NCBI GenBank assembly: GCA_963833225.1 | Contig: CAWHXD010000008.1 | Span: 480,001 to 544,000 of the forward strand | Direction of reading: 5' to 3' | Origin: an uncultured Chloroflexia bacterium | Lineage (GTDB): Bacteria; Chloroflexota; Limnocylindria; Limnocylindrales; CSP1-4 | Length of the DNA stretch: 64,000 nt | In this document: positions 55,751 to 64,000 of the stretch, one piece after another | How the letters are laid out: each line of letters begins with the position of its first letter | Numbering within the stretch: the stretch's first letter is position 1 | Made by a program: the position numbers and the translations under genes | Notes under the pieces: model-generated | What the model was told of the DNA's origin: nothing | The model's database searches: none | What the model saw: the letters and a program-made list of their open reading frames with translations, nothing else

Positions 55751-57142
55751 TCAGCGCGCCGCCAAGCGCTCCGCGAGGCTGCGGCCGCTCGGAGCGCGAC
55801 CGGTGCGGGCAGACGACTCGTCGAGCCGCCCGATGGCCCACTGCGCGTAGCGGACACCCAGGTACCGGAAGGGCTCGATCTCCCAGTTCCGCGAGCGGTG
55901 GTTGACGATCGGCAGCCTGATGACCGGGTCGTCCCCGCCGGTGATGAGCTCGGTCAGGGTGCGCCCGGCCAGGTTGGTCGTGGACACCCCGTGACCCACA
56001 TAGCCACGGGCCGTGGCGATCCCGGTCGCCGGGTCGAACGCGACCGTGGGGTGCCAGTCCCGCGGCATCCCCAGCGGGCCGCCCCAGGCGTGGGTGAACT
56101 CCACGTCGCGGAGCACCGGGAACCACTCGCGAACGAAGCCGCGCAACTGCTCGTGGGTGGGGTCGTGCCGGTCGAACTCGGGCCGGATCGGTGACCCGAA
56201 GCGGTACGGCGCTCCGCGACCCCCAAACAGGATGCGGCCGTCCTCGGTGCGCGACAGGTAGTCGACGGAAAGGCGCGTCGAGGCCACCACCTCGCGGTTC
56301 GTCCAGCCGATCTCCGCCCACTGCGCCTCGCTGACAGGCTCGGTGAGCACGATGAGCGACCACAGCGGCACGAGCTGGCGATGGAGCTGGGGCAGCTCGG
56401 CAAGGTAGGCCTCGCCCGCGAGGACCACAACCCCGGCGCGGACGTCGCCCCGATCCGTGACCAGGGTCGCGTGGCCGGAGCCGTCCCGCGGCCGGAAGCC
56501 GGTGGCCGCCGTGCCCTCCGCGATTCGGGCGCCCATGCGCTCCACCACGCGGGCGAGGCCCCGGGTCAGCCGCCCCGGATGGACAACCGCCGCGTCGTCG
56601 GAGACGAGGGCCCGCAGCGCGCCCGCGATGCGGATCCGCTCGGCCAGCTCCGGGGCGTCCACCAGCCGGTACCGGTCGCCGAACCCGAACCGCTCGTACT
56701 CGCGGAGCGCGTCTTCGAGTGCAGGGATGCCCTGCGGTCCCCTTGCGACGATGATCTCGCCGCCCTTGTGGAACCCCGCATCGATCCCGGCCGCGTCGCA
56801 CGCGCGGCCCACCTCGTCGACCGCGTCGTAGGTCGCCTGCTGCATCCGTCGCGCCGCGTCGTCCCCGTGGAGACGGGCGAGCCTGGTCATGCTGATGTTG
56901 AGGTCCGGCGCGCACCACGCCCCGTTGCGCCCGGAGGCGCCGAACCCGGCGATCTCCCGCTCCACGAGCACGACCCGGAGGGCGGGATCGCGCTGGAGCA
57001 GGTAGAACGCGGTCCACAGCCCGGTCAGGCCCGCCCCGAGGATGGCCACGTCCGCGTCGGTGGAGCCGTCGAGCGGCGGACGCGGCGTGAGGTCGTCGCC
57101 CGCGTTCTCAAGCCAGAAGGAAACGGACGTGTGGTGGTTCAC
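55751..57142 (-). CDS. FAD-dependent oxidoreductase (DadA/PuuB-like)
   Basis: GAGLTGLW, GASGRNG, HPGRL, WGGPLG, GYVGHGV; TACGAT 6 nt before GTG. Confidence 0.88.
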   Translation of the reverse strand: MNHHTSVSFWLENAGDDLTPRPPLDGSTDADVAILGAGLTGLWTAFYLLQRDPALRVVLVEREIAGFGASGRNGAWCAPDLNISMTRLARLHGDDAARRMQQATYDAVDEVGRACDAAGIDAGFHKGGEIIVARGPQGIPALEDALREYERFGFGDRYRLVDAPELAERIRIAGALRALVSDDAAVVHPGRLTRGLARVVERMGARIAEGTAATGFRPRDGSGHATLVTDRGDVRAGVVVLAGEAYLAELPQLHRQLVPLWSLIVLTEPVSEAQWAEIGWTNREVVASTRLSVDYLSRTEDGRILFGGRGAPYRFGSPIRPEFDRHDPTHEQLRGFVREWFPVLRDVEFTHAWGGPLGMPRDWHPTVAFDPATGIATARGYVGHGVSTTNLAGRTLTELITGGDDPVIRLPIVNHRSRNWEIEPFRYLGVRYAQWAIGRLDESSARTGRAPSGRSLAERLAAR

Positions 57143-57272
57143 GCCGCGATCGTACCCAGACGGCGGGGGCCCACGACCGGTGTTGCGGGCAGGGCAACGA
57201 TTCCGGCCGGCGACGGGAACGGCCGCCACCGAGTACGGTTGTCGCGCTCTCCCCGCTCAAAGGTGCCACCCC

Positions 57273-57650
57273 ATGACCGCAACCCCGACCAGCATCGGCG
57301 AGCTGTTCCGCTCGCTCGGCCTCACGATCACGATCCGCGCTGCCGAGGGCGAGGAGGAGGAGGCGTGGGCCTGCACCCTGACCCGCCCGGACGGCCGGAC
57401 CTACGAGATCGAATCTGTGTCGTTCTTCGATGTCGACCCGGAAACGGGCGAGGAGTGGATCGTGGAGCCCAGCCCATCACGCGTCCTGACGGTGCTCGCC
57501 GGGGGCGATGTCGAGGACGAGGACGGCGACGAGGACGGCGAGGAGACCGACAAGGAGGCCGGCAAGGAGGCCGAAGCCGCCGCGCGCGACTTCCTGGGCG
57601 ACGAGGCCTACGAGCTGCTCGGCGTGCTGGATGCCGAGGGTCTGGACTAG
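57273..57650 (+). CDS. Acidic hypothetical protein
   Basis: ORF with GC3-rich codons and Asp/Glu-rich sequence. Confidence 0.65.
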   Translation: MTATPTSIGELFRSLGLTITIRAAEGEEEEAWACTLTRPDGRTYEIESVSFFDVDPETGEEWIVEPSPSRVLTVLAGGDVEDEDGDEDGEETDKEAGKEAEAAARDFLGDEAYELLGVLDAEGLD

Positions 57651-57666
57651 CCGGTCCCGTCGCCGG

Positions 57667-57960
57667 CTACTCGACCGGCTCCAGGTCCACGGTGCGGACG
57701 GTGCGCGCGCTCCCCGCCTCGGTGCGGACGACTGCCGCGGGGACGACCCCACCGGCCATGCGCTCGATCACGGCGGTCTCGCCGGCGTAGAGACCCGTCC
57801 CGAGGATCCGGACCTTGTCGCCGGGTGCCAGCCCCGAGCGCCCGTCGAGGGCCGCCCTGTTGATGGATACGCCCGTGGGAGGATTGATGTAGCCGGGTTC
57901 GGGCCGCGGGCCCGCCGACTTCTTGGGCGGGATGAAGACCCTGCGCTTGCGACCCGGCAC
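57667..57960 (-). CDS. Small basic protein with KOW/SH3-like motif
   Basis: LAPGDKVRILGTGLYAGETAVI; start uncertain. Confidence 0.6.
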   Translation of the reverse strand: MPGRKRRVFIPPKKSAGPRPEPGYINPPTGVSINRAALDGRSGLAPGDKVRILGTGLYAGETAVIERMAGGVVPAAVVRTEAGSARTVRTVDLEPVE

Positions 57961-58112
57961 TAGCGGGCCCAGCCGGCGCCGATGCGGCGCGTCATGCTCG
58001 TGGTCTGCGTCATGTTCACCTCTTGCCGCCGGAACGAACGTCTGTCCGGCCTCGCGCGAGTGTACGCGAGAAGCGCCAACCTCCACGGCTGCGCGGTACG
58101 GCAAGGGCGGCT

Positions 58113-58400
58113 TCAACGGCCCTCGTGTCCGGCCTCCGCACCTGGACGGAGCGCGCGGGCGAGGGTCTCGTCGGACGGCTCCACGAGCACGTTGCCGTCC
58201 GGCAGCACGACGACCGGGATCGCGAGGTAACCGGCGTCGGCGAGCATCGCCCGGACCGCGGGGTCCGCGTCCCGGTCGATCCAGGTCCACGCCAGGTCGG
58301 TGGCGTCCAGCCAGCGCTTGGTGCGGCGGCAGTCGCCGCACCAGTCCGCGCCATAGACGGTGACGACGGTGGACACGGGGAGGGCGGACGGGTCGGGCAC
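58113..58400 (-). CDS. Glutaredoxin/mycoredoxin-like protein
   Basis: VYGADWCGDC, IPVVVLPDG..LVEP; GACAAT 6 nt before GTG. Confidence 0.85.
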   Translation of the reverse strand: MPDPSALPVSTVVTVYGADWCGDCRRTKRWLDATDLAWTWIDRDADPAVRAMLADAGYLAIPVVVLPDGNVLVEPSDETLARALRPGAEAGHEGR

Positions 58401-58563
58401 GGGTCGATTGTCGAACACGGACGGGGACCTCGCAACGCGGGCGCTGGTCGCGACGGGGCGTGGCGAACCCACGGTCATCACGCGGGTCATCCGCAAACCG
58501 CCGGGGCCGCTAGACTCACGCTGGCGCCCCATTCGCCCACCTGCTCGTCGAAAGGTCACGCCC

Positions 58564-59772
58564 GTGTCGCTCCCGTCGCTCGCTCGCCTCCCTGCCCCGC
58601 CCGACCCGATCCTCGGCCTCGCCGAGGCGTTCCGCGGCGATCCGCGGACGGACAAGATCAACCTGAGCACAGGCGTGTTCGTCGACGCGACCGGGAAGAC
58701 GCCGGTGCTGCCGACCGTGCTCGAGGCCGAGCGACGGCTCGCGGCGGCCGAGGGCAGCAAGCTGTACCGCCCCATCGATGGCGACGTCGCCTATCGCGAG
58801 CTCGTGCGTGCCCTCGCCCTGGGCGCAGACCACGAGGCCGTGACGTCGGGGCGGGCGCTCGCGACCCAGACGCCGGGCGGGACCGGTGGACTGCGGGTTG
58901 CCGCCGACCTGCTGCGCCAGACCGGCTCGGGCGAGACGCTCTGGATGAGCGAGCCCACCTGGCCGAATCACCCCCAGCTGTTTGCCGCTGCCGGCTTCCG
59001 GATCCGGTCGTATCCGTACACGGACGCGAGCGGTCGTCGGATCGACGAGGACGCGATGCTCGGGGCCCTCGGCCAGGCCAGCCCGGGCGACATCGTGCTG
59101 CTCCACGGGGCGTGCCACAACCCTACCGGCGTGGACCCGTCGCCCGACCTGTGGCGGCGCATCGGGGACCTGGTGCAGGAGCGGCGCCTGCTGCCACTCG
59201 TCGACCTCGCCTACCAGGGGTTCGGTGACGGTCTCGACCAGGATGCCGCGGGCCTGCGCGAGCTCGTTCGGCCCGGGGCCGAGCTGCTGGTGTCCACGTC
59301 GTTCTCGAAGACCTTCTCGCTCTACGCGGAGCGGGTCGGGGCCATGATCGTGATCGCCGCCAGCGCCGCGGACGCCGCCGCGGTCCAGAGCCACGTCAAG
59401 ATCGCCATCCGGGTGAACTACTCCAACCCGCCGGCACACGGGGCGGACATCGTGCGCACCGTCCTCGCCGACGAGACGCTGCGCGCCGCGTGGGAGATCG
59501 AGCTGGCCGGCATGCGCAACCGGATCAACGACAACCGGCGCGCCCTGGTCGAGGCGCTCACCAGCCGCGCCATCCCTGGCGACTGGTCGGCGATCGCGAC
59601 CCAGCGCGGCATGTTCGCCCTGCTCGGGCTGACGACCGCCCAGGTCGCCCGCCTCCGGGACGAGTTCGGCGTGTATGTGGTCGGCAAGGGCCGGATCAAC
59701 GTCGCCGGCTTCACCACGGCCAACTTGGGCCCGTTCGCGGATGCCCTGGCGGAGGTGATCGCGACCTCCTGA
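58564..59772 (+). CDS. aspC: Aspartate/aromatic amino acid aminotransferase (class Ia)
   Basis: DPILGL, TPGGTGGL, HNPTG, DLAYQGF, SFSKTFSLYAERVG, GRINVAG. Confidence 0.92.
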   Translation: MSLPSLARLPAPPDPILGLAEAFRGDPRTDKINLSTGVFVDATGKTPVLPTVLEAERRLAAAEGSKLYRPIDGDVAYRELVRALALGADHEAVTSGRALATQTPGGTGGLRVAADLLRQTGSGETLWMSEPTWPNHPQLFAAAGFRIRSYPYTDASGRRIDEDAMLGALGQASPGDIVLLHGACHNPTGVDPSPDLWRRIGDLVQERRLLPLVDLAYQGFGDGLDQDAAGLRELVRPGAELLVSTSFSKTFSLYAERVGAMIVIAASAADAAAVQSHVKIAIRVNYSNPPAHGADIVRTVLADETLRAAWEIELAGMRNRINDNRRALVEALTSRAIPGDWSAIATQRGMFALLGLTTAQVARLRDEFGVYVVGKGRINVAGFTTANLGPFADALAEVIATS

Positions 59773-59947
59773 GCGGGTGGGCCCGGTCGTTCGGTCCGGC
59801 TAGGACTACCTGCCGATATCCCGGGGGCGGGCACGGGGCGATCCTAGCGGGGTACCCCTCCCCGGAGGACCGACACTGGCCGACACGCGCCCACCCGAGC
59901 CTGCAACCCCCGCCCTGACCGGCGGCGATGCCGCACGCGTCGAGACG

Positions 59948-62236
59948 ATGCGCGCGCTGCTCAGCATGCTCCCGGAACGCGTCGCGCAGTCCATCATGCC
60001 CGCGGGCACCACCCTTGACTCCATCGTGGACGCCCGGGTCACGCGACGGCTCTACCTGCGCCTCGTCGCCGCCATCACGATCGCCGCCGCGCTCGTGTTC
60101 GCCCCCTCGATGCTGGTCGCCGGCGTACCGCCGGACCGCCAGCTGCTGTTCCTCGGGGGCGTCGTGATGGCCACCCTGATCGTCTCGGCGTCACTGTTCG
60201 GCGCGCGCCGCGATTCGAAGCTGGCGCTCGTCACGGCAGCCATCGATGCCCTCGTCGTCGGCGGCCTCGGCCTGTTGATCGGCGGCTACTACCACTACAT
60301 CGGCCTCCTGTTCGCGCTCGTCGTCGTTGGCCATTCGAGCATTCACGGGTTGCGGGCGGGGCTGGTGATGGTGCTTTGCGGCACCGTCCTCGTCCCGTTG
60401 GCGCTTGCGAGCACAGACGGTGTCAATCCGGCGGACCCGCTGTTCGTCTTCATCTTCCTGGTCGGCATGACCGCGGTCACCCTGAGCCTCGACCGGCTTC
60501 GCGCCCGAGACATGACCGCGATCCATGCCAGCGAGACGCGGTACCGCGAGCTCGTCGAGCGCGTCCCGGCCGTCGTGTACACGGCCGACCTGGGGGTCGA
60601 GGGCGCGTGGCGGTACGTGAGCCCCCGCGTGGAGGCGTGGCTCGGGTTTGCTGCATCAGACTGGACGCAGGTCCCGGGGTTCTGGCTCAGCCGGGTCCAC
60701 CCCGATGACCGAGAGCTCGTCGTCGCCGACGAGGTGGAGACGTCTGCGGGTCCACCCGGGCGGACAAGCCTGATCGAGTACCGGATGATCGACCGCGGTG
60801 GCCAGACTCGGTGGGTACGCGACGAGGCCACGGTGATCGCGCCGGAGGACGGGTCGCCCGCCCACTGGAGCGGCTTCCTGGTCGACATCACCGAGCGCAA
60901 GGTCCTCGAGGACCAGCTCGAGCACCAGGCATTCCATGACCCGCTGACTGGCCTCGCCAACCGCGCCCTGTTCGCGAACCGGGTCGAGCATGCCCTGGCA
61001 CGCTCGAAGCGAAATCGCGAGTCCCTCGCCGTGCTGTTCCTCGACCTCGACGAGTTCAAGACCGTCAATGACGGCATCGGGCATGACGCTGGTGACGAGC
61101 TGCTGGTCGCGATCGGGCAGGCGCTGCAGGACTGCCTGCGCCCCATGGACACGGTGGCCCGGCTCGGCGGCGACGAGTTCGCGATCCTGCTCGAGGATCT
61201 GCCCAGCGCGGACGCGGCAGCCATGGTCGCGGACCGGATCCTCGAGGCCCTGTCGAGCCCATTCGTGGTCCACGGGCGGGGCGTGGAGATCGGCTCGAGC
61301 ATCGGGATCGCGGTCCCCACCGGGCGCAACGAGGACACCCGCGAGATGCTGCGCAACGCGGACAGCGCGATGTACGCGGCCAAGCAACACGGCAAGGGCC
61401 GGCACGAGACCTATGTGCCGGCGATGCACGCGGCCGCGGTGCGACACCTGGAGCTGACCGGCGAGATCCGGCGGGGACTCGAGCGGGGCCAGTTCCTCGT
61501 CCACTACCAACCCACGGTGCGCCTGGGTGACGGGTCGATCTCGGGCTTCGAGGCGCTCGTTCGCTGGCACCACCCTCGCCTCGGCCTCGTCCCGCCCGGG
61601 GTGTTCATCCGGACCGCGGAGGAGACGGGCCAGATCATCGCCATCGGACGCTTCGTCATCGACCAGGCGTGCCGCCAGGCTCGTGCCTGGCAGGATCTGT
61701 ACCCGGCGATGGCGCTGGCCATGAGCGTGAACGTCTCGGCGCGCCAGTTCCGCGACGAGTCGCTGGTCCCATCGGTCGCCCAGGCCCTGGCGGTGACGTC
61801 GCTTGACCCCTCGGCGCTCATCCTCGAGATCACCGAGAGCGTGGTGATGGAGGACTCCGAGGCCTCGCTCAACCGCCTGCTCGAGCTGCGGGCGCTCGGC
61901 GTGCGGCTCGCGATCGACGACTTCGGGACGGGCTACTCGTCGCTGAGCTACCTTCGTCGACTGCCCGTGGACGTGCTCAAGATCGACAAGGCGTTCGTGG
62001 ACGGGATCACGGGTGGCGGCCAGGGCCTGGAGCTGGCCCGGGTCATCGTGCGCATGGCCAAAACGCTCAACCTCGAGACCATCGCGGAGGGCGTCGAGGA
62101 GCCCAGCCAGGCGGCGGCGCTCCGTCGAATGGGCTGCGAGCAGGCGCAGGGCTTCCATTTCGCCCGCCCGATGGTCGCGGAGGAGGCGTCCAAGCTGCTG
62201 CTGGGCGGCCAGCGCCTCGAGGCCCGGGCCGGCTGA
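59948..62236 (+). CDS. Membrane PAS-GGDEF-EAL protein
   Basis: About 5-6 TM, PAS (VHPDD, EYR), HDPLTGL, RPMD, GGDEF, EAL, DDFGTGYSS. Confidence 0.93.
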   Translation: MRALLSMLPERVAQSIMPAGTTLDSIVDARVTRRLYLRLVAAITIAAALVFAPSMLVAGVPPDRQLLFLGGVVMATLIVSASLFGARRDSKLALVTAAIDALVVGGLGLLIGGYYHYIGLLFALVVVGHSSIHGLRAGLVMVLCGTVLVPLALASTDGVNPADPLFVFIFLVGMTAVTLSLDRLRARDMTAIHASETRYRELVERVPAVVYTADLGVEGAWRYVSPRVEAWLGFAASDWTQVPGFWLSRVHPDDRELVVADEVETSAGPPGRTSLIEYRMIDRGGQTRWVRDEATVIAPEDGSPAHWSGFLVDITERKVLEDQLEHQAFHDPLTGLANRALFANRVEHALARSKRNRESLAVLFLDLDEFKTVNDGIGHDAGDELLVAIGQALQDCLRPMDTVARLGGDEFAILLEDLPSADAAAMVADRILEALSSPFVVHGRGVEIGSSIGIAVPTGRNEDTREMLRNADSAMYAAKQHGKGRHETYVPAMHAAAVRHLELTGEIRRGLERGQFLVHYQPTVRLGDGSISGFEALVRWHHPRLGLVPPGVFIRTAEETGQIIAIGRFVIDQACRQARAWQDLYPAMALAMSVNVSARQFRDESLVPSVAQALAVTSLDPSALILEITESVVMEDSEASLNRLLELRALGVRLAIDDFGTGYSSLSYLRRLPVDVLKIDKAFVDGITGGGQGLELARVIVRMAKTLNLETIAEGVEEPSQAAALRRMGCEQAQGFHFARPMVAEEASKLLLGGQRLEARAG

Positions 62237-62334
62237 CGGAGCGGGCGCACAACGGACCGGCACCAAGCGCCGCAACCGGGCATCCTGAGGTGGGGCGGCC
62301 CGCCCGTGAATGTCGTCCCTCCGAGGTCCCCGTC

Positions 62335-63333
62335 ATGCGCGAGAGCAGCTTCTGGTCCACCCCTGTCCTGGCATCGGTCCTGCCCGTGGTTGCGGCATCG
62401 CGCCACGTCGCCACCAACAGCGACGAGATCGAACGGGTCGCGGACTGGCTGGCCTACGAGCCCTTCGGCTGGCCACAGGCCGTGCTGCCGTTCGAGATCG
62501 GCGACGATCCCGACATCCTGACCGACTTCCAGCTGTTCGTGAACACGCTCAACTTCGCGTTCAGCGACTTCGAGACGGGCGTCAAGTACGAGGCCGAGCG
62601 CGATGGCGCGCGGTGGTCCGACAGCGAGGGGATGCTCGCCAACATCCTCAACGCCCGCGACGCCGGCATCCCGCTGCTGACCGGCCGCTGGATGGCCGAG
62701 GCGACGCTCGCCGATGTCGAGGGGGTGTTCACCGGCTGCTCGATTCCGATGCCGATGCTCCCCGAGCGGACGGAGATCCTCAACGCCGTGGGCGCGGTGC
62801 TCGTGGACCGCTACGACGGCCGCTGGGCAAACTGGGTCCGCTCCTGTGCGCCGCGGATGTACGCGGGTGGCGACGGGCTCCTTGAACGGTTGCCCGAGGA
62901 GTTCCCCCGGTTCCGCGACATCAGCACCTATGACGGGCACGAGGTCCGGCTGTTCAAGCTCGGGCAGCTGGCCCTGTGGGGGATGCACACCGCGCACCAG
63001 GCGACGGGCCGCTTTGCCCTCGAGGATCTCGATGCCATGAGCGCCTTCGCGGACTACATCGTCCCGGTGGCCCTGCGGCTGATGCGGATCTTCGAGTACT
63101 CGCCCGAGCTGGAGCGCCGGATCAACGAGGGCGTGGAGCTGCCGCGAGACTCCGAGCAGGAGATCGAGGTGCGGGCCCACACCCTGTACGCCACCGCCGC
63201 GCTCACGGAGGCGGTCAACCGCCGCCGCCCGGCGGACCAGCAGCTGGTGATCCCGCAGCTGGACTACCGCCTGTGGAAGACGTACCACGCCACGTTCTGG
63301 CCGCACCACCTGACCCGCACGATCATGTACTAG
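62335..63333 (+). CDS. Queuosine salvage family protein (DUF2419/Qng1-like N-glycosylase)
   Basis: LNFAF, FPRFRD, FKLGQL, FADYIVP, EIEVRA, LDYRLW, HHLTRTIMY. Confidence 0.88.
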   Translation: MRESSFWSTPVLASVLPVVAASRHVATNSDEIERVADWLAYEPFGWPQAVLPFEIGDDPDILTDFQLFVNTLNFAFSDFETGVKYEAERDGARWSDSEGMLANILNARDAGIPLLTGRWMAEATLADVEGVFTGCSIPMPMLPERTEILNAVGAVLVDRYDGRWANWVRSCAPRMYAGGDGLLERLPEEFPRFRDISTYDGHEVRLFKLGQLALWGMHTAHQATGRFALEDLDAMSAFADYIVPVALRLMRIFEYSPELERRINEGVELPRDSEQEIEVRAHTLYATAALTEAVNRRRPADQQLVIPQLDYRLWKTYHATFWPHHLTRTIMY

Positions 63334-63349
63334 CCGGAGACGCAGCCCG

Positions 63350-63772
63350 ATGAAGCTGTACCTCGCCGGTCCCCTGTTCACGACGCCCGAGCGCCAGTGG
63401 AACGAGGCGCTCGCGGCACGACTCGAGGCCGCCGGCCACGAGGTCTTCGTGCCGCACCTCCACCCGCCTCGCGAACGGGCGGCCCGGACGATCTTCCTCA
63501 AGGACAAGGCGGGGATCGATTGGGCGGACGGCGTCGTGGCCATCATGGACGGCCCCGACCCGGACTCCGGGACGGCCTGGGAGTGTGGCTACGCGTTCGG
63601 CCTGGGCAAGCCGGTCGTCCTGTTCCGGAGCGATTTCCGGGCATCGGGCGACTCGACGGACATGCCCTACAACGCCATGCTCGTCGGGGCCGCCAATGCC
63701 CACATCGAGCTGCCGCTCGCCACCGAGGACCAGGCCGCGGCCGCCATCGTCGAGGCGCTCGCCGGTCTCTGA
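63350..63772 (+). CDS. Nucleoside 2-deoxyribosyltransferase family protein
   Basis: YLAGPLF, DSGTAWECGYA, NAML. Confidence 0.88.
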   Translation: MKLYLAGPLFTTPERQWNEALAARLEAAGHEVFVPHLHPPRERAARTIFLKDKAGIDWADGVVAIMDGPDPDSGTAWECGYAFGLGKPVVLFRSDFRASGDSTDMPYNAMLVGAANAHIELPLATEDQAAAAIVEALAGL

Positions 63773-63779
63773 GGCGCGC

Positions 63780-63836
63780 CGACCCCGCCGCGAGAGGCGG
63801 GCGACCCCGCCGCGAGAGGCGGGCGACCCCGCCGCG
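63780..63836. repeat. 22-bp tandem repeat (about 2.6 copies) of a GC hairpin
   Basis: CGACCCCGCCGCGAGAGGCGGG twice plus a partial copy; CCCGCC pairs with GGCGGG. Confidence 0.8.
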
Positions 63837-63865
63837 GAACGCCCGCGGTCTCGTACCATCGCGCC

Positions 63866-64000
63866 ATGAAGACTGGACTCGTGCTCCCGATGTCGGACGC
63901 GGACGCCCCCGGAGCGGGCTCCTGGCCGCGGATCCGCAAGCTCGCGTTGCTCGCGGAAGCGGGCGGGATCGACAGCCTGTGGGTCTACGACCACTTCATC
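63866..64000 (+). CDS. LLM-class flavin-dependent oxidoreductase (3' truncated by window)
   Basis: MKTGLVLP...AEAGGIDSLWVYDHF; TACCAT 6 nt before ATG. Confidence 0.8.
   Translation, partial: MKTGLVLPMSDADAPGAGSWPRIRKLALLAEAGGIDSLWVYDHFI

Noticed and set aside
62237-62334. preQ1 riboswitch before the queuosine salvage gene
   Set aside because: Could not match class I, II or III consensus by eye; needs a covariance-model search.
63780-63836. 22-bp repeats as mini-CRISPR
   Set aside because: Units are contiguous with no spacers.

Overview
Very GC-rich bacterial chromosomal window, probably Chloroflexota (inferred from the dnaG-rpoD proteins). It looks like an imperfectly polished long-read assembly, with about 10 single-base frameshifts, one of them in rpoD. 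In order it contains: the end of an AT3-SGNH acyltransferase, an aldo/keto reductase, a small accessory segment at tRNA-Asn (AbiEi/AbiEii type IV toxin-antitoxin plus hypotheticals), a rhodanese, a secreted M11-type metalloprotease, a Pro/Thr-stalked surface protein coupled to a membrane GGDEF-EAL protein, rpoD-dnaG, a patch of small membrane genes, a TDT transporter with an ADP-forming acyl-CoA synthetase, a glgX-treY-treZ-glgE-treS/mak cluster, galM, VIT1 and ferritin, a long redox operon, a GMC oxidoreductase, cysE-cysK, an aminotransferase, a second GGDEF-EAL gene and a queuosine-salvage/NDT/LLM group. The best candidate for an undescribed system is the operon ArsR-DsrE-DsrE-TusA-MvhD-HdrA(with NADPH module)-HdrA-wHTH-QmoC-hemerythrin x2. 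It has Qmo-like architecture and sulfur carriers but no AprAB, Sat, DsrAB, HdrB or hydrogenase in the window. Other highlights are a leaderless Cys-containing sORF with a hairpin ahead of cysE-cysK and the surface-stalk/c-di-GMP pair. All family calls come from motif recognition; no database searches were run.
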